From positions 1,364,001 to 1,428,000 of the forward strand of contig NW_027270937.1 of the NCBI RefSeq assembly GCF_040938485.1: 64,000 nucleotides of DNA, read 5' to 3'. Both the position numbers and the translations under genes were made by a program. Below the pieces are notes generated by a model. That model saw nothing but the letters and a program-made list of their open reading frames with translations, did no database searches and had not been told where the DNA came from. Each line of letters opens with the position of its first letter. The stretch's first letter is position 1. Below are positions 28,364-37,600 of the stretch, piece by piece. The DNA is from Diadema antillarum (taxonomy: Eukaryota).

Positions 28364-31174
28364 GTTATTGTGGACAGCAATATAAAGAAATCATGAAGAA
28401 AATGCAACATATTTTCACTTTTCTAGCATGATGAAAGAGCACTTGACTTGCCTCTTTCACAAAGCAGGAGGAATAATATTGCCCTTCACATATGTCCATA
28501 ACAAGCTGATGGAATATACACTTTTCATGAAAAATTAGATTTTGTGGAATTCTCCTTTATTTTCTGTACATTGTTGTCCAAAATGACGTCATGAAGTGTA
28601 GCAGTCTCTTTATCCAGCAATGATGGCACTGAAATTTTAAAAATTCATAACTCTGGAATCGATTGTTCGATTTTCCTCAAACTTTCAATAATGTGTTCTA
28701 TTAATATTGTTGCTTTCACTTAATCCACATTGATATTTTGGCTTTGGTTTCCTTGAACCCTCTCAATGCCATTGACAGCCTTCGTCTGTCTCGAGTGGCA
28801 GTGGGCAGTTTGGGGCGACGGTCCTGTCAGGGGTAAACACGGCTATTTAAGGGATAAAAACTTGACCATGAAGAGAATCATCTTGACTTTCTGCTTGTTA
28901 TTGTTGATGTTGGGTTTCTTCTTTTTTTTATTTGAGGAAAAGGGGGTTTACTCCTTCCATATGACTGGTGCCTGCCACTCCTTCCATATGTCCTACCTCT
29001 GTCATGCTGAACTGGTTGCAGCATAGAAATAATGGAGAAGTTATGAGGGCTTTTATCCTCATCTTCTTTTCATTATAAATCATTTATACATGAAGTGATG
29101 GGAAGGAATGTAAGAAGATAAGAGGGTCCAGAAGACATCATGAATTACACAATTTTTCCTTACTCTTCTTCCATTGCCCTCCATTCCCCATGTCTTTACT
29201 ATCACATTTGCTTGACTGGTGCCTGCCACCCCTTACCCCTAAACCCTTCTCACACAGGTGGTGTGTCCGCCGTTCAAGCCCAAGGCCCTCACCTCCTTTG
29301 TGCGCATGCTGAGCGCCACGGCCGGTGTCTTCAAGGACCTCATCCAGCTGATGCACCTGGAGACCCAGCCAGACCCGTCCCTCAGGTGGTCCCTCCAGCT
29401 CTGCCTAACGGTGCCCCAGGGGTTCCAGACCTTCGCCGCTGCTGGCATCCCCGCCGTCGTCATCAAGTCTAAGATGCTACTCTTTGTAAGCTCCCTCTCA
29501 CCTCCCACTCCGCACCCTTCCCCTCCCCCATCCCCCCATCCCCCCCCCCCCCCCCCCCCCATACCAACCATGCATAAAAAATAGTGAACCTTCTCTTTGG
29601 TGGTTCCATATGTCAAAAATTTTAACGAGTTGTAGCAGCACTGGATGGGAGAAGAACCTCTCAGTTTTCATGAGCAGTTTGTGTAGATAGTTAGTAGTCT
29701 CAGAATTCGTAGTGATGTCTCTGAGATTGTTTTGCATTCCCTCTGGCCATGTAATACTGAACTTCATTCGCTTTTTAATATTTGGCATTCGTTCAAGAAC
29801 AGTTGGTGCATATTCCAATCACACTGAAATGAAAATTTTGTGAAGTGATGTAGTTCATGGTATCATAGTGAAGTCAATTATTTTTTTGTGTCTACATTCA
29901 CAAGATTTAAAATGTGTAATGTGAAGAGTCATCCATTGAAAGTAACTGCAGCCAGTATCTCCTGAGAATTGTATCAGCATCTGCCATTACGAAGAATAAG
30001 CTCATCTTTCTTGCTCCAAAATATGGACAATATATGTCAGGCATCAGTAGATGGCGGTGTCATAACAGTTTGATTGAACCATTAGAAAACCCCACCCCCT
30101 CAAAAAAAAAAAATGAATAAATAGAAAAATAAAAACAATAAAGAAATAAATGAATTAATAGAAGTTGGAAATCTGTTTGTAATTTGTTGAGATATAAAGA
30201 TACATGTTAATAAGATGCCCATGACCCTCATCCCACCACACACCCAGGTCCAGCTGAGCCGGCAGGCGGAGGTCGCTGGGCTGGTCGGCCAGGAGCACCA
30301 GTCCGTCATCGTACCCATCCTGTATGACATCCAGGCCAACTCCACCCAGCACATCTCCGACATTCGGGCCAACATGCCCACCAGCCAGAACGACACGATC
30401 ATCGCTGGCATGCTGCGCCGATGGGCAGAGTTCCCCAATAACAGTGAGTTTTATGCTTTGTGTATTTGTTTGTTTGTAGTTTTTTTTTTGTGTGTGTATG
30501 TGTGCCGTTGTTTTTTGTTGAATGGAATGTAGACTTTCATGTGTATTCACAAGTGAATATAACAGTTTGTTGTCTTTGACACTTTTATAAAAAGTGAATC
30601 AGAAATTGTCAGACTTGCCTGATGCAGCTGTATGAAGATTTGATTTGATTTGATTTGATTTGATGTTCAAATGTATTTAAAAAACAAAAAGATGTTCAAA
30701 TGGATAAAAAACAATTTAAGCATTCATTTTTTTTTTTTTTTTGTTGGTCATTATGCTATCGGTAGATATAGGCAGAATGACAGGCCATGTCTTGGCATGT
30801 TATAATTATGTAGTGCAAGTAAAGTGTGAAAGCTTAAGATCACAATTCGTAATGATTACTTCCTTTCTAATTTCATGCTTCTATGCAAAAGACATGCATT
30901 TACCCACCACAAATGTGTTCACACACACAAAATGTACCACCTACCAATTAATGCATCTATAAGCAACAAGTTATGTATTTGCACACAGGCAACACGCTAT
31001 TAAATGTGCATTATTGTGAGATTATGTTTGTGTGCATGATATTGACTGCATGAGAAATGAGACTGAAATTTGATAGCGGTACTTTCGAAATTTCACTGTC
31101 TCCCCCCTTTAGATGAGTGCACCCTCTTCCCCTCGATTCGAGAGTTGATGTCCAACCTCATCCTGCCAGTTTGA
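475..31174 (+). CDS. MED14: Mediator of RNA polymerase II transcription subunit 14, 5'-partial, spliced (27 exons plus one candidate micro-exon; about 1,195 codons in window)
   Basis: Exons 475-518, 2232-2320, 3284-3431, 3990-4058, 4875-4917, 5826-5951, 6862-6940, 7965-8127, 8726-8954, 9568-9599, 10639-10770, 11759-11947, 13932-13980, 16568-16741, 18198-18283, 19257-19406, 19794-20004, 21617-21684, 22035-22361, 22786-22879, 23765-23968, 24450-24661, (25622-25663), 26607-26727, 27832-27893, 29258-29485, 30248-30443, 31113-31174. All are flanked by AG/GT with compatible phases. Peptides match recalled vertebrate MED14 in order (SLQLEVLxSQ, KPLQVLHDPPL, HQGVQVEG, LVFANCP, LPQSSTH, YLCxPxERFLGS, WxPxELQVxExxFE, AVVxKSKMLxF, C-terminal ECTLF..IRELMxNL). 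Confidence 0.96.
855..2049 (+). mobile_element. Non-autonomous Helentron/DINE-1-type element (HINE), family A, copy 1
   Basis: 5' T-run + subTIR ATGCCTTCGCC, internal IR GCCGGAGGCAT, (GTCC)n microsatellite, 3' subTIR GGCGGAGGCAT, hairpin GTCGC-CATA-GCGAC, end CTAGTT; near-identical copy at 36692-37928. Confidence 0.8.
2232..2320 (+). CDS. MED14: MED14 exon (VQRLITERWGEHVMIDKYTAGERLVISYW)
   Basis: cacag|...|gtaaaa; matches LIRERWGDLVQVERYHAG. Confidence 0.9.
2370..2725 (+). repeat. Degenerate (GGT/AGT)n low-complexity tract in MED14 intron
   Basis: GTAGTG/GGTAGT triplet periodicity; produces spurious Gly/Ser, Val and Thr ORFs. Confidence 0.9.
3284..3431 (+). CDS. MED14: MED14 exon (..KLSVTIDDDDVAKPLQVLHDPPLE..)
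   Basis: ccaag|...|gtaaga; matches KVTIKIDENDVSKPLQIFHDPPLP. Confidence 0.92.
3990..4058 (+). CDS. MED14: MED14 exon (CDHLAVERLLVETVLVRSRMKLM)
   Basis: pyrimidine tract + cag|...|gtgagt; matches IDHLSIEKLLIDSV. Confidence 0.9.
4875..4917 (+). CDS. MED14: MED14 exon (ELQGQLEKDLPGYK)
   Basis: gcag|...|gtaagt; phase 0/1 links the neighbouring exons. Confidence 0.82.
5228..5612. mobile_element. Kolobok-type (T2-like) MITE, family K1
   Basis: TTAA at 5224-5227 and 5613-5616; ~33-bp imperfect TIR AGGGACTGTACAGTACTGGTTGAGGTGGGGATT; purine termini + TTAA fit Kolobok rather than piggyBac; related copies at 16789 and 27151. Confidence 0.8.
5826..5951 (+). CDS. MED14: MED14 exon (QVSGTPPLLKIPIVKPC..VDMQTGFY..)
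   Basis: ttcag|...|gtaaga; matches PALVVPILEPC..VDLHSGMF. Confidence 0.9.
6088..6333 (+). mobile_element. tRNA-derived SINE
   Basis: tRNA-like head with degenerate A box and B box GGTTCGAATCC (6142-6152), central ..GACCCAAATGTATAAATAGGTACC.. core, (TAT)n tail; related to 42722 and 54033 copies. Confidence 0.8.
6862..6940 (+). CDS. MED14: MED14 exon (PSLMEEIEQSLNQDQSKLEPLVTKL)
   Basis: aacag|...|gtgtgg; matches LDDMEKSVNDD..IQQLK. Confidence 0.87.
7003..7427 (+). mobile_element. Kolobok-type MITE, family K2, copy 1
   Basis: TTAA at 6999-7002 and 7428-7431; TIR AGGTGCATAGTCCC vs reverse complement of right end AGGCACATGGTCCC; highly similar copy from 14664. Confidence 0.8.
7965..8127 (+). 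CDS. MED14: MED14 exon (..NCVYLRLTQHPQYYM)
   Basis: gtag|...|gtgagt; matches LFIKLTRLPQYYI. Confidence 0.92.
8327..8472. mobile_element. Short PIF/Harbinger-like MITE
   Basis: TIRs GACCCCGTTTCATAAAACTTG / CAAGTTTTATGAATTGGGACC, CTG on both flanks (3-bp TSD). Confidence 0.65.
8726..8954 (+). CDS. MED14: MED14 exon (VVSFAMGKVQGG..RGPDTRIE)
   Basis: aaag|...|gtaggt; GC-rich, open and phase-compatible; poorly conserved S/T-P-rich middle. Confidence 0.85.
9403..9438. repeat. (GT)n microsatellite
   Basis: Direct reading. Confidence 0.95.
9568..9599 (+). CDS. MED14: MED14 small exon (LDVDDEKKRK)
   Basis: cccag|...|gtatgt; restores phase; KRK matches NAKRK. Confidence 0.82.
10639..10770 (+). CDS. 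MED14: MED14 exon (..FFNYTLSHVVSLCNIRIPFVKLCEE)
   Basis: gacag|...|gtcagt; matches [21 protein letters not shown]. Confidence 0.9.
11300..11658 (+). mobile_element. Kolobok-type MITE, family K3
   Basis: TTAA at 11296-11299 and 11659-11662; imperfect TIR AGGTCCTGTTTACC; a homologous fragment lies in reverse at ~40210-40338. Confidence 0.65.
11759..11947 (+). CDS. MED14: MED14 exon (LSQNGLAHQGVQVEG..LLDCSIRL..WQVQ)
   Basis: tgcag|...|gttagt; matches PHQGVQVEGDG..LLDCTFRLQ. Confidence 0.94.
12123..13287 (-). mobile_element. TGTGA-TIR MITE (family X) carrying a nested HINE-B
   Basis: TIR TGTGATCCTGCATCACAAA / TTTGTGATGCACGGTCACA, AT on both flanks; body is the reverse complement of 20518-21222. 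Confidence 0.75.
12699..13209 (+). mobile_element. Helentron/DINE-1-type element family B, copy 1 (nested in MITE X)
   Basis: subTIRs ACCTCCGCCA / TGGCGGAGGT, 3' hairpin GCGCTCT-C-AGAGTGC, end CTAGTT, inserted at TT. Confidence 0.75.
13932..13980 (+). CDS. MED14: MED14 exon (LVFANCPVHSCAAKEQ)
   Basis: ctcag|...|gtgaga; matches LVFANCPLNGTSTREQG. Confidence 0.92.
14664..15950 (+). mobile_element. Kolobok-type MITE K2, copy 2, interrupted by a LINE fragment
   Basis: TTAA at 14660-14663 and 15951-15954; colinear with 7003-7427 up to ~15071, resumes at ~15925. Confidence 0.8.
15069..15909 (-). mobile_element. 5'-truncated L2/CR1-group LINE 3' end
   Basis: Minus-strand peptide KTVLAQKSIRHYGPDVWNNLPDQLKQCTSLFSFKAHLKKYLL (typical ORF2 C-terminus, GPxxWNxLP..SFKxxLK), then a 3' UTR and a (CAAA)n tail at ~15069-15090. 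Confidence 0.75.
15955..16513. mobile_element. Kolobok-type MITE, family K4
   Basis: TIR AGGACAAGTTCACCTTCAT / ATGAAGGTGAACTTGTCCT; TTAA at 15951-15954 (shared with K2) and 16514-16517. Confidence 0.85.
16568..16741 (+). CDS. MED14: MED14 exon (STRLVYL..VVKLFLRDWDSIGRLY..)
   Basis: tgcag|...|gtgagc; matches VVEMFLNDWNSIARLY. Confidence 0.92.
16789..17192. mobile_element. Kolobok-type MITE K1, copy 2
   Basis: TTAA at 16785-16788 and 17193-17196; TIR AGGGATGGTATAGTTTTGGTTG. Confidence 0.8.
17305..17420. repeat. Degenerate (GATA/GGAT)n tract
   Basis: Direct reading. Confidence 0.75.
18198..18283 (+). CDS. MED14: MED14 exon (PPFTTLVDVQSFTYQRITIAYGKDRSST)
   Basis: tgcag|...|gtatgt; matches SEVRVYNYRKLILCYG. 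Confidence 0.88.
19257..19406 (+). CDS. MED14: MED14 exon (VTVTWDPEAAKF..ANCHTMV..KLIK)
   Basis: cccag|...|gtcagt; matches ISIQWNS..SNCHNTI. Confidence 0.9.
19794..20004 (+). CDS. MED14: MED14 exon (NLCDSQGPLHAICKLP..LPQSSTH..)
   Basis: cccag|...|gtgagt; matches DTQAPLNAINKLP..LPQSSTHI. Confidence 0.94.
20162..21303 (+). mobile_element. Helentron/DINE-1-type element family B, copy 2, carrying a nested MITE X
   Basis: Same 5' TTACCTCCGCCAAGGGAGGAGG and 3' GCGCTCTCAGAGTGCTTCTCTAGTT as 12699-13209. Confidence 0.75.
20518..21222 (+). mobile_element. TGTGA-TIR MITE (family X), nested in HINE-B
   Basis: TIR TGTGACTGTGCATCACAAAACGAACAAAAAGTCGC / GCGACTTTTTGTTTGTTTTGTGATGCAGGGTCACA. Confidence 0.78.
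21617..21684 (+). CDS. MED14: MED14 exon (GSFSLFDVRKIVDSLYPVQNLK)
   Basis: cacag|...|gtgaat; matches DGAYSLFDNSKLVEGFYP. Confidence 0.9.
22035..22361 (+). CDS. MED14: MED14 exon (AFLELFID..NEDDGNPLSP.. start of Pro/Ser-rich region)
   Basis: ccaag|...|gtaggt; matches FLNMFVD..NEDDNPPSP. Confidence 0.9.
22786..22879 (+). CDS. MED14: MED14 exon (YTMSPGAYPLASPPSIPGPSP..)
   Basis: tgcag|...|gtatgc; GAYPLxSPP motif, phase-compatible. Confidence 0.85.
23765..23968 (+). CDS. MED14: MED14 exon (..QWPGSPSMPGPSP..)
   Basis: ctcag|...|gtaaga; matches NWPGSPQVSGPSP. Confidence 0.9.
24450..24661 (+). CDS. MED14: MED14 exon (..PTILSHDAL..YLCAPIERFLGS..)
   Basis: ggtag|...|gtgatg; matches PTILTHSAL..YLCSPLERFLGS. 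Confidence 0.93.
25622..25663 (+). CDS. MED14: Candidate MED14 42-nt in-frame micro-exon (NQTIPPSDQGFRSK)
   Basis: Long pyrimidine tract + cag at 25619-25621, consensus donor AAA|gtaagt, phase 0-0, no stop; 6/14 aa identical to the first 14 aa of exon 26607-26727. Confidence 0.65.
26607..26727 (+). CDS. MED14: MED14 exon (LAMLPQSDQGVQFKNSSLEFRV..LHLQVKQSQ)
   Basis: tacag|...|gtaaaa; matches GVIMFKTDALKCRV..LQLKV. Confidence 0.9.
27151..27522. mobile_element. Kolobok-type MITE K1, copy 3
   Basis: TTAA at 27147-27150 and 27523-27526; internal similarity to 5228-5612 and 16789-17192. Confidence 0.8.
27612..27707. repeat. 38-bp-arm palindrome/hairpin (possibly core of a Crypton-type palindromic non-autonomous element)
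   Basis: Arms 27612-27649 and 27670-27707: 32 WC pairs, 3 G-U, 3 mismatches, 20-nt loop; flanks TTAAAGCAAATA...TATTGCCCTTA. Confidence 0.6.
27832..27893 (+). CDS. MED14: MED14 exon (AKERWNPEELQVIERYFENK)
   Basis: tacag|...|gtgaga; matches WKPDELQVLEKFFETR. Confidence 0.93.
28003..28753. mobile_element. Kolobok-type MITE related to K4, with internal (TTA)n tract at ~28306-28366
   Basis: TTAA at 27999-28002, TGAA at right; TIR AGGCAACCAAAGC / GCTTTGGTTTCCT; body similar to 15955-16513. Confidence 0.75.
29258..29485 (+). CDS. MED14: MED14 exon (VVCPPFK..AVVIKSKMLLF)
   Basis: cacag|...|gtaagc; matches VAGPPFK..AVVLKSKMLFF. Confidence 0.95.
30248..30443 (+). CDS. MED14: MED14 exon (..SVIVPILYDI..MLRRWAEF..)
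   Basis: cccag|...|gtgagt; matches SIIVPIIYDM..ILKRFAEM. Confidence 0.92.
31113..31174 (+). CDS. MED14: MED14 last coding exon (ECTLFPSIRELMSNLILPV*)
   Basis: tttag| acceptor; matches ECTIFAAVRDLMANL; TGA at 31172-31174 followed by a second TGA. Confidence 0.93.
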
Positions 31175-31625
31175 TGATCGGAGGCTGAAGTGACAGCCGG
31201 CCAGCCGAAGTGACCGGAGAAAGTCTTGTTTCCTCAGCCTTTCCACGCAGAAGAACTAGTAGAATAGACATAGAATTCTTGTCAGAAGATGAAATTTCCC
31301 TCTCCCGTCCTATAATTTTGCCTTTCTGCAGAGGAAAATTTGTAGTACATAAAGTCAAATCTGCAAAGGGGGACCACTCAAGGGAAATGAAGGAGGTGGC
31401 CTTTGTAGGCAGATGACCACAGTGGACAGGTTGGAGGCCAAAGTGATTGTTGCATTAATATCTACATCACATATCTCACATGCTATCTACCCTGCACTCA
31501 TTGATATGAAGGCCTCATGTTGCTAGGCCTCATTGTTGTTATCGCGAGAAAATTAATGGATGTAAGCAAAGTGCATTGTTTTACAATGTAGGTTTCACTC
31601 TCGGTCAACAATGTGGTTGTCCCTT

Positions 31626-31631
31626 AATAAA
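31626..31631 (+). terminator. Possible MED14 polyadenylation signal (first AATAAA noticed after the stop)
   Basis: AATAAA ~450 nt after the stop; no transcript evidence. Confidence 0.3.
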
Positions 31632-34600
31632 TGGTCTTTCTATGAGGTGTAAAAACTCTGATGCGAGTACGGGGCCCAGCCTGTAGTCTGTGAGCTCTGC
31701 ACGCAATGATTTGTGGCCCACGAAGGATGTAAAACAAGTAACCGCAATACACAAATGGTTGTGAAGACAGGTGTAAGTGGACTGTAGGTATGGATTTATA
31801 ATCCTTTTTAAAACAAGTGCGCATTGCTTCTGCCCTTGCTGCACAGAGCTCCTTGTATTCACACATAGAGCATCCGTTGTTATTCCTTACATGCATCACA
31901 AATATGACTTGTGCACGGTAAAATGTTTGCATTTTTCATCAAGGTTGCTAGGAATATCGCATGTGGTGGTCTCAGAATGCCATTGTGAATGCATAGAGTG
32001 AATCAGTGAACATAGCATAATCACAATAGAACAGTAAATATTCTGCTCTTTTTTTGCAGCCCCCCCCCCCAATTCAGACTCAAAATAATGTTTACCTGAT
32101 AGTAGCTGTAGGAAAGGTTGTCAGTGCTCCTGTCTGCATTCATTTCAAGCTGCTTTCCAGTGGAAAGTAGGGTCTGAACAAGGAGTCTTTGCTCTATATA
32201 TTTTGAATCGTCATAATAGATTGCCCAAGCATAATGACTTGATACTGGTGATATGGAGTGACCTAAGTTTTGATTCATCCAGGAAATGAGTTAGTTACAC
32301 ATATTTTATTAAGTTTTGTCAAGGGCTCTTCAGAACATGAAGACAGAAAGTAGAACATTCTCAAGGGGCTTTGTAACACAGTCTAAACATTGTGGTGTAT
32401 GTCCTTTGCGTACCAGGGGATGAATTGCACAGACATGAATATTCGAGGAAAGAAAAATCCTTCACAAATGTGCGTGCCAACATTTGACATCTCGTGTCAT
32501 GCGGTCAGGCAGGAGTCCAAGATATTCTCATGATCAGACATACGGGTATTTAGCGGCAGCTGGAGTGAAAAAAAAAACCGATGATGATCAGTGCAGGATT
32601 GGCGTACTTATGAGATGACATTGTCTCCTTTTTCTTTCATAATTGGCTTTGAAATTCCATGAAATTATCAGATATGGTACATCTTAACATTTCTGATTGC
32701 CACAAGAAATGTTTAATTGAAAAATTTTGGTAAAGAATGGTAGAGCGAGGATTCTGGTCGCCAACCCTGTGTGCCGTCTGTATCACCTCATAGATTCATA
32801 CACTGCTTGCTCAATTGCTTGCATGCATGCACTGCGTTCACACCGATTCACTCTCCAGCTACAGCTCTGCACGCGCATGTACTGCACAGGGGAGCTGTTT
32901 GTTTTCATTCCAGCTGTACCGGAAGCGCCGTATACCTGACCATGAGATTTCTTGCCTCTTAGGGCATCGCTTCAGAGGATGAGGTGTATCCATCCTTAAA
33001 AAGAACCCGGATGATTTGAAAGACTTTCAGGAGTTTGGGAAGCCCTCCCTCATGGGAGAGGAGATATGGGAAACAGCCTTTCATGGCCAAACATTGCGCT
33101 AGTGAAAGTACATGCGTAAAAAGAGTACAAGAACTTTGTAAACACTCAGAAATAACATTGATCCTTTGAAGTGAAAATGATTAGATTGTACTTGATTGGC
33201 ATACCAAGTTTTGCAATAAGTTTAGCATTCCTCTGTAGTGTAAACATGTGCACAATAGGATGCGAGTCAGTGCACTTCAATGGACTCCTAAGCTTAGAAA
33301 TTTTTCTCTCAAAGAAACATTATTCTAGTTTGGAGTATGTCATTGATTATAAGAGTAGGTTGGCACCATCCAATTTAGGTGAATTGCATCCATTTTAAAG
33401 CTGCGAATTTACTCTGCAAATCTGACCAAGACTACGTAGGAAATTTGACGTGGTAACTGGTTGATGGTGTTGAAGTGCTGAGTGGCATAAATTCAAACCA
33501 AGCATTCCACTACATGCAAATTTGCTTTAGGATGATACCTATGGGGTTAAGATTTTATTTCTCACATTTCCATGACCCACTATTGATGTACTTTTTATGT
33601 TGGAATGTTTATTCATGTGATTTAACAGATTCCCAGAAATAGATTTTCTGTGCTCAAACAACCACTTGTGTCGGGCTCTCCAAATCTGTAAAATAAAAGC
33701 TTTTCTACGAAATAGATTCCCTGAGCTCAGACAACCACTTGTGTCATGACTATCCAAATCTCTGAAATAAAGCTTTCCTTTGAAGTAGATTCCCAGTGCT
33801 AAAACAGCCACTTGTGTTGTGGCTCTCCAGATCTCTGAAATGGAGCTTTTCTACGATTTGATATCTTGTTTGAAGGAAGGAATTGGAAATGTGCATGTAT
33901 CAATCCAGTGGTTTTAATCAACTCAAGGAACAAAGGGCGTGTCATGAAATAAAGCTGGAATTGGTATCATGATACCGCGGTGATTAAGACGGAAATTTGG
34001 ATGATGAGTTTTTAAAGTGCTAAACGCAGAACTGTTCTTTTTGCTTTGACATTTAAAATACACCGTACAGTCAGCAAAGACTTGAATCGCTCAAAACAAG
34101 GAAGCAAGGAAATTCATACTTGTAGCTGATGTCAATAGATTCAATTGTGAGAATTGAACTGGGATTGAATTTGTTAGATAAAGCAATTGCCAATTTTTTT
34201 TTGAGAACTGAGTTGCAAGCTGTCCCAAGCTGATTGATATGACTGTATTGTCAGCTGCTAGCTATGAACTTGGAAGACTAATGATTGCATGTATTACGGG
34301 CATACATGCAGCGAGTAGAATTAAGAATCCGTACATAAGTTGCGATTACTTACGGCAACTCAATCCTGTAGATATTGTGTGCCTCAGGCAGTGGGGAGTA
34401 ACCACATGCATGATAAACTTTTGTGAAAGGGAACGGATCAATCGTGTAGACTAGAAAATTGATGAATTTATATGTCTCGTTGTGATGGAAAGATAGTAAG
34501 ATATGTAATGCACTTTATTTGAAGAAAAAAAGAAGAAGAAAGTCATGGAGTTGGACAAATGGTGTCTGTTATTTAAAGTTATAAGATTTGACTGTATGAT

Positions 34601-34692
34601 TCATTTCTACCACTGGAATGTGGTAATTGATCTTGAATAAAAATACAGGTATATGTGCAGAAAGCTTGGCTAGTTACAGAATCATTCCCTTG

Positions 34693-37600
34693 TAGTGGAG
34701 CGGCATAGCTTGAATTAGAGGAATTAGAGAAATTAGAGGAATTGTGCATTTTGTGATAAAAGCACCAAATTTCGCACATATGTTGACAACTACATTTGAA
34801 ATAAATTCAGATATTGGGCCATCGTAAATAGCGCCCTCAACGGCCATGGCAGCCATTTTTCAAAATGGCCGCCATAAATGCCATTTTTTGTAAAAATTTA
34901 CAAATTTCAGAAGGGAAAATCAATAAGATTTTGCAAACGAGTGGGAAATAACATTCAAAATAAATTTAGTTATTGGGCTACGGAAAATTACGCCCTCAAC
35001 GGCCATGGCACCCATTTTTCAAAATGGCCGCCATAAATGCCATTTTTCGCAAAAAAATTGAAAATTTCAGAAAGGAAAATCAGTAAGATTTTACAAATGT
35101 GTGGAAAATAACATTCAAAATAAATTCAGAAATTGGCCCATCGTAAATAGCGCCCTCGACGGCTAAAACAGCCATTTCTTTTCAAAATGGCCGACATAAA
35201 TGCCATTTTGCTTGAAAATTTACAAACTTCAGAAGGGAAAATCAATAAGATTTTGCCAACGTGTCGGATATGGCATTCAAAATAAATTCAGATATTGAGT
35301 CATGGCAAATTGCGCCCTCAACGGCCATGGCAGCCATTTTGAAAAAATGGTCGCCATAAATGCAATATTTCGCAAAAAAAATACAGATTTCAGAAGGGAA
35401 AATCAACAAGATTGTGCAAACGAGTGGGAAATAAAATTCAAAATAAATCTAGATGTTGGGCCATCGCAAATTGCACCCTCAACGCCAATGGTGGCCATGT
35501 TTAAAATTGGTTGCCATAAATACCACCTTTTTTCTCTGAATTTACTTATTCCAGATGGAAAAGTCAAAAAGCTCTTGCACTCAATTTAAAAATTTTGTTT
35601 GAAATATATCTTGCGCTTATGTATTACATTGTAAATAGCGCCCTCAATGGCCATTGCAGCCATTTTTCAAAGTGGCCACCATGGATTCCACTATTTTTTA
35701 TTATCTGATATCACAAAAGGAAAAGTCAATAAGATTTTGCACACAATTTGAAAATTATGTTTGAAATAAATATTTGTATTAGATTCTTATAATACTGCCC
35801 TCAACGGCCATGGCCGCCATATTCCAAAATGGCTGCCACTGTCATAATCATTTTGTTTTAAAAGAAAAATCAACAAATGTTTACATAAATTGAACAATCA
35901 TGTTTAAAATCAAACAATATATCTAGATTGCATTAACTCTAGAAATTGTTCCTTCGCAAATTTTCAAGAAGAAAAAAATGCTTATAACGGTAATTGCAGC
36001 CATTTTCCAAAATGGCTGTCATAGATGTCATTTTTCTTTTATGAAGATGTCCTAATGCCGGAAGAAGACAATAAACATTTTTTTTTTTTTTGCGCAAGTT
36101 GACAATTACATACAAAGAAGTTTAGACATTGAGCCATCATAAGCTGTGTTCTCAATGGCTATTTCAGCTATTTGTCAAATTGGCTACAATACACTCTTCT
36201 TTATTTTTGTCTTGAAAATTTGCTTAACTTCAGAAGGAGAAGACAGTAGAATACTCACAGAGACATTATATAACCTGAAATATGGTGTTAGAGAAATCAT
36301 TTGAGGAACAACTAAAATAAACAAGGCAAATGCTTAGCGATTATATCTCACCAATGATGAATGCATATTTTATGTGGCCAACATGAAAAATTTCCAAAAA
36401 AAAGAGAGTAATATGAATATCCAAGGATAATGGCGCCATGTATTAACTTTGACAGTAACACCATATCATTGAATATATGGGACTATATGACGTGTATCTA
36501 TTCTAAAATGTAACTTCCTAGATATTCTTAAGACAGGTACGAAAAAATGGCCTTTCATTTTAGGAAAAAAGTTAATGTACTTCCTAAGCTTCAATAAAAA
36601 TACATACCTTTGATATCCATACTGTTAGCCGTCACACGCGAAATACTGCAATTAGAACTAAACTGAAAAGAACCAACCCATCAATGAAACCTTTTTTATG
36701 CCTCCGCCACGAAGTGGTGCCGGAGGCATTATGTTTTCGGGTTGTCCGTCCGTCCGTCCGTCTGTCCTTCCATCCGTCCGTCCGTCCGTCCTTCCGTCCA
36801 TCCGTCCTTCCGTCCGTCCGTCCGTCCGTCTTTCCGTCCGTCCGTAATGAATTTTGTGGACAAGGTAACTATCAAAAGCTGTTGAGGTATCCTAATGAAA
36901 CTTGGCATGTATGTGTATTAGGGGGTGAAGTTGTGCCTATCAACTTTTGGGTGCACGTGCTCAAGGTCAAAGGTCAAAAGGTCAAGGTCAAATACATAAA
37001 ATTTCACTATTTCCACCATATCTATGCAATGCCTGAAGATATTTTCTTGAAACTTAGTGTATACATGTATTACCCAATTTAGATTCTCTGGTGAAAGTTT
37101 GGGTCATGAGGTCAGAGGTCAAAGGTCAAAAGGTCGAGTAAAAGTATTAAAACTTCTTTTTTTTTTCTCTGTAAATTGGAAAATTGTTCAAGGTATCTTC
37201 ATGGAACATAGTATATATACATGTACTGACTGGCAGTGATTATCTAGAGAATGTAGGGTTCATGGGGTCAAAGGTCAGGGGTCAAAGGTCAAGTGCAACA
37301 CTTCAAAATTTTACTATTTCCCTCATGTTCATGCAATGCCAGCAGGATTAGTATTTTTTTTTTTTACACTTGGTGTATGCATGTGTAACCTAATACAAAT
37401 TCTCTGGAGAGTTTTTTTTTTCTTTTTCTTTTTTTATTGCCTCAAAGGTCAACAGGTCAAAGATCAAGTGAAAGTGCTGAACTAACTCTTTCCTCCATAT
37501 CTCGAAAGTGGCTCAATTTATTGTGAAACTTACTGCATATCTATGCATGTTCTACCTGAAAGTGATTATCTTATGAATTTTAGGGTCTAAGGCCAGATGA

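Noticed and set aside
8645-30550. Antisense ORFs overlapping GC-rich MED14 exons (e.g. 8645-8917, 19746-20174, 24341-24682, 29239-29616, 30155-30550)
   Set aside because: Expected shadows of GC3-rich coding exons; no homology or splice pattern.
34817-36200. Regular repeat array resembling CRISPR spacing
   Set aside because: Whole ~160-bp units are homologous with no unique spacers, the context is eukaryotic and there are no cas genes.
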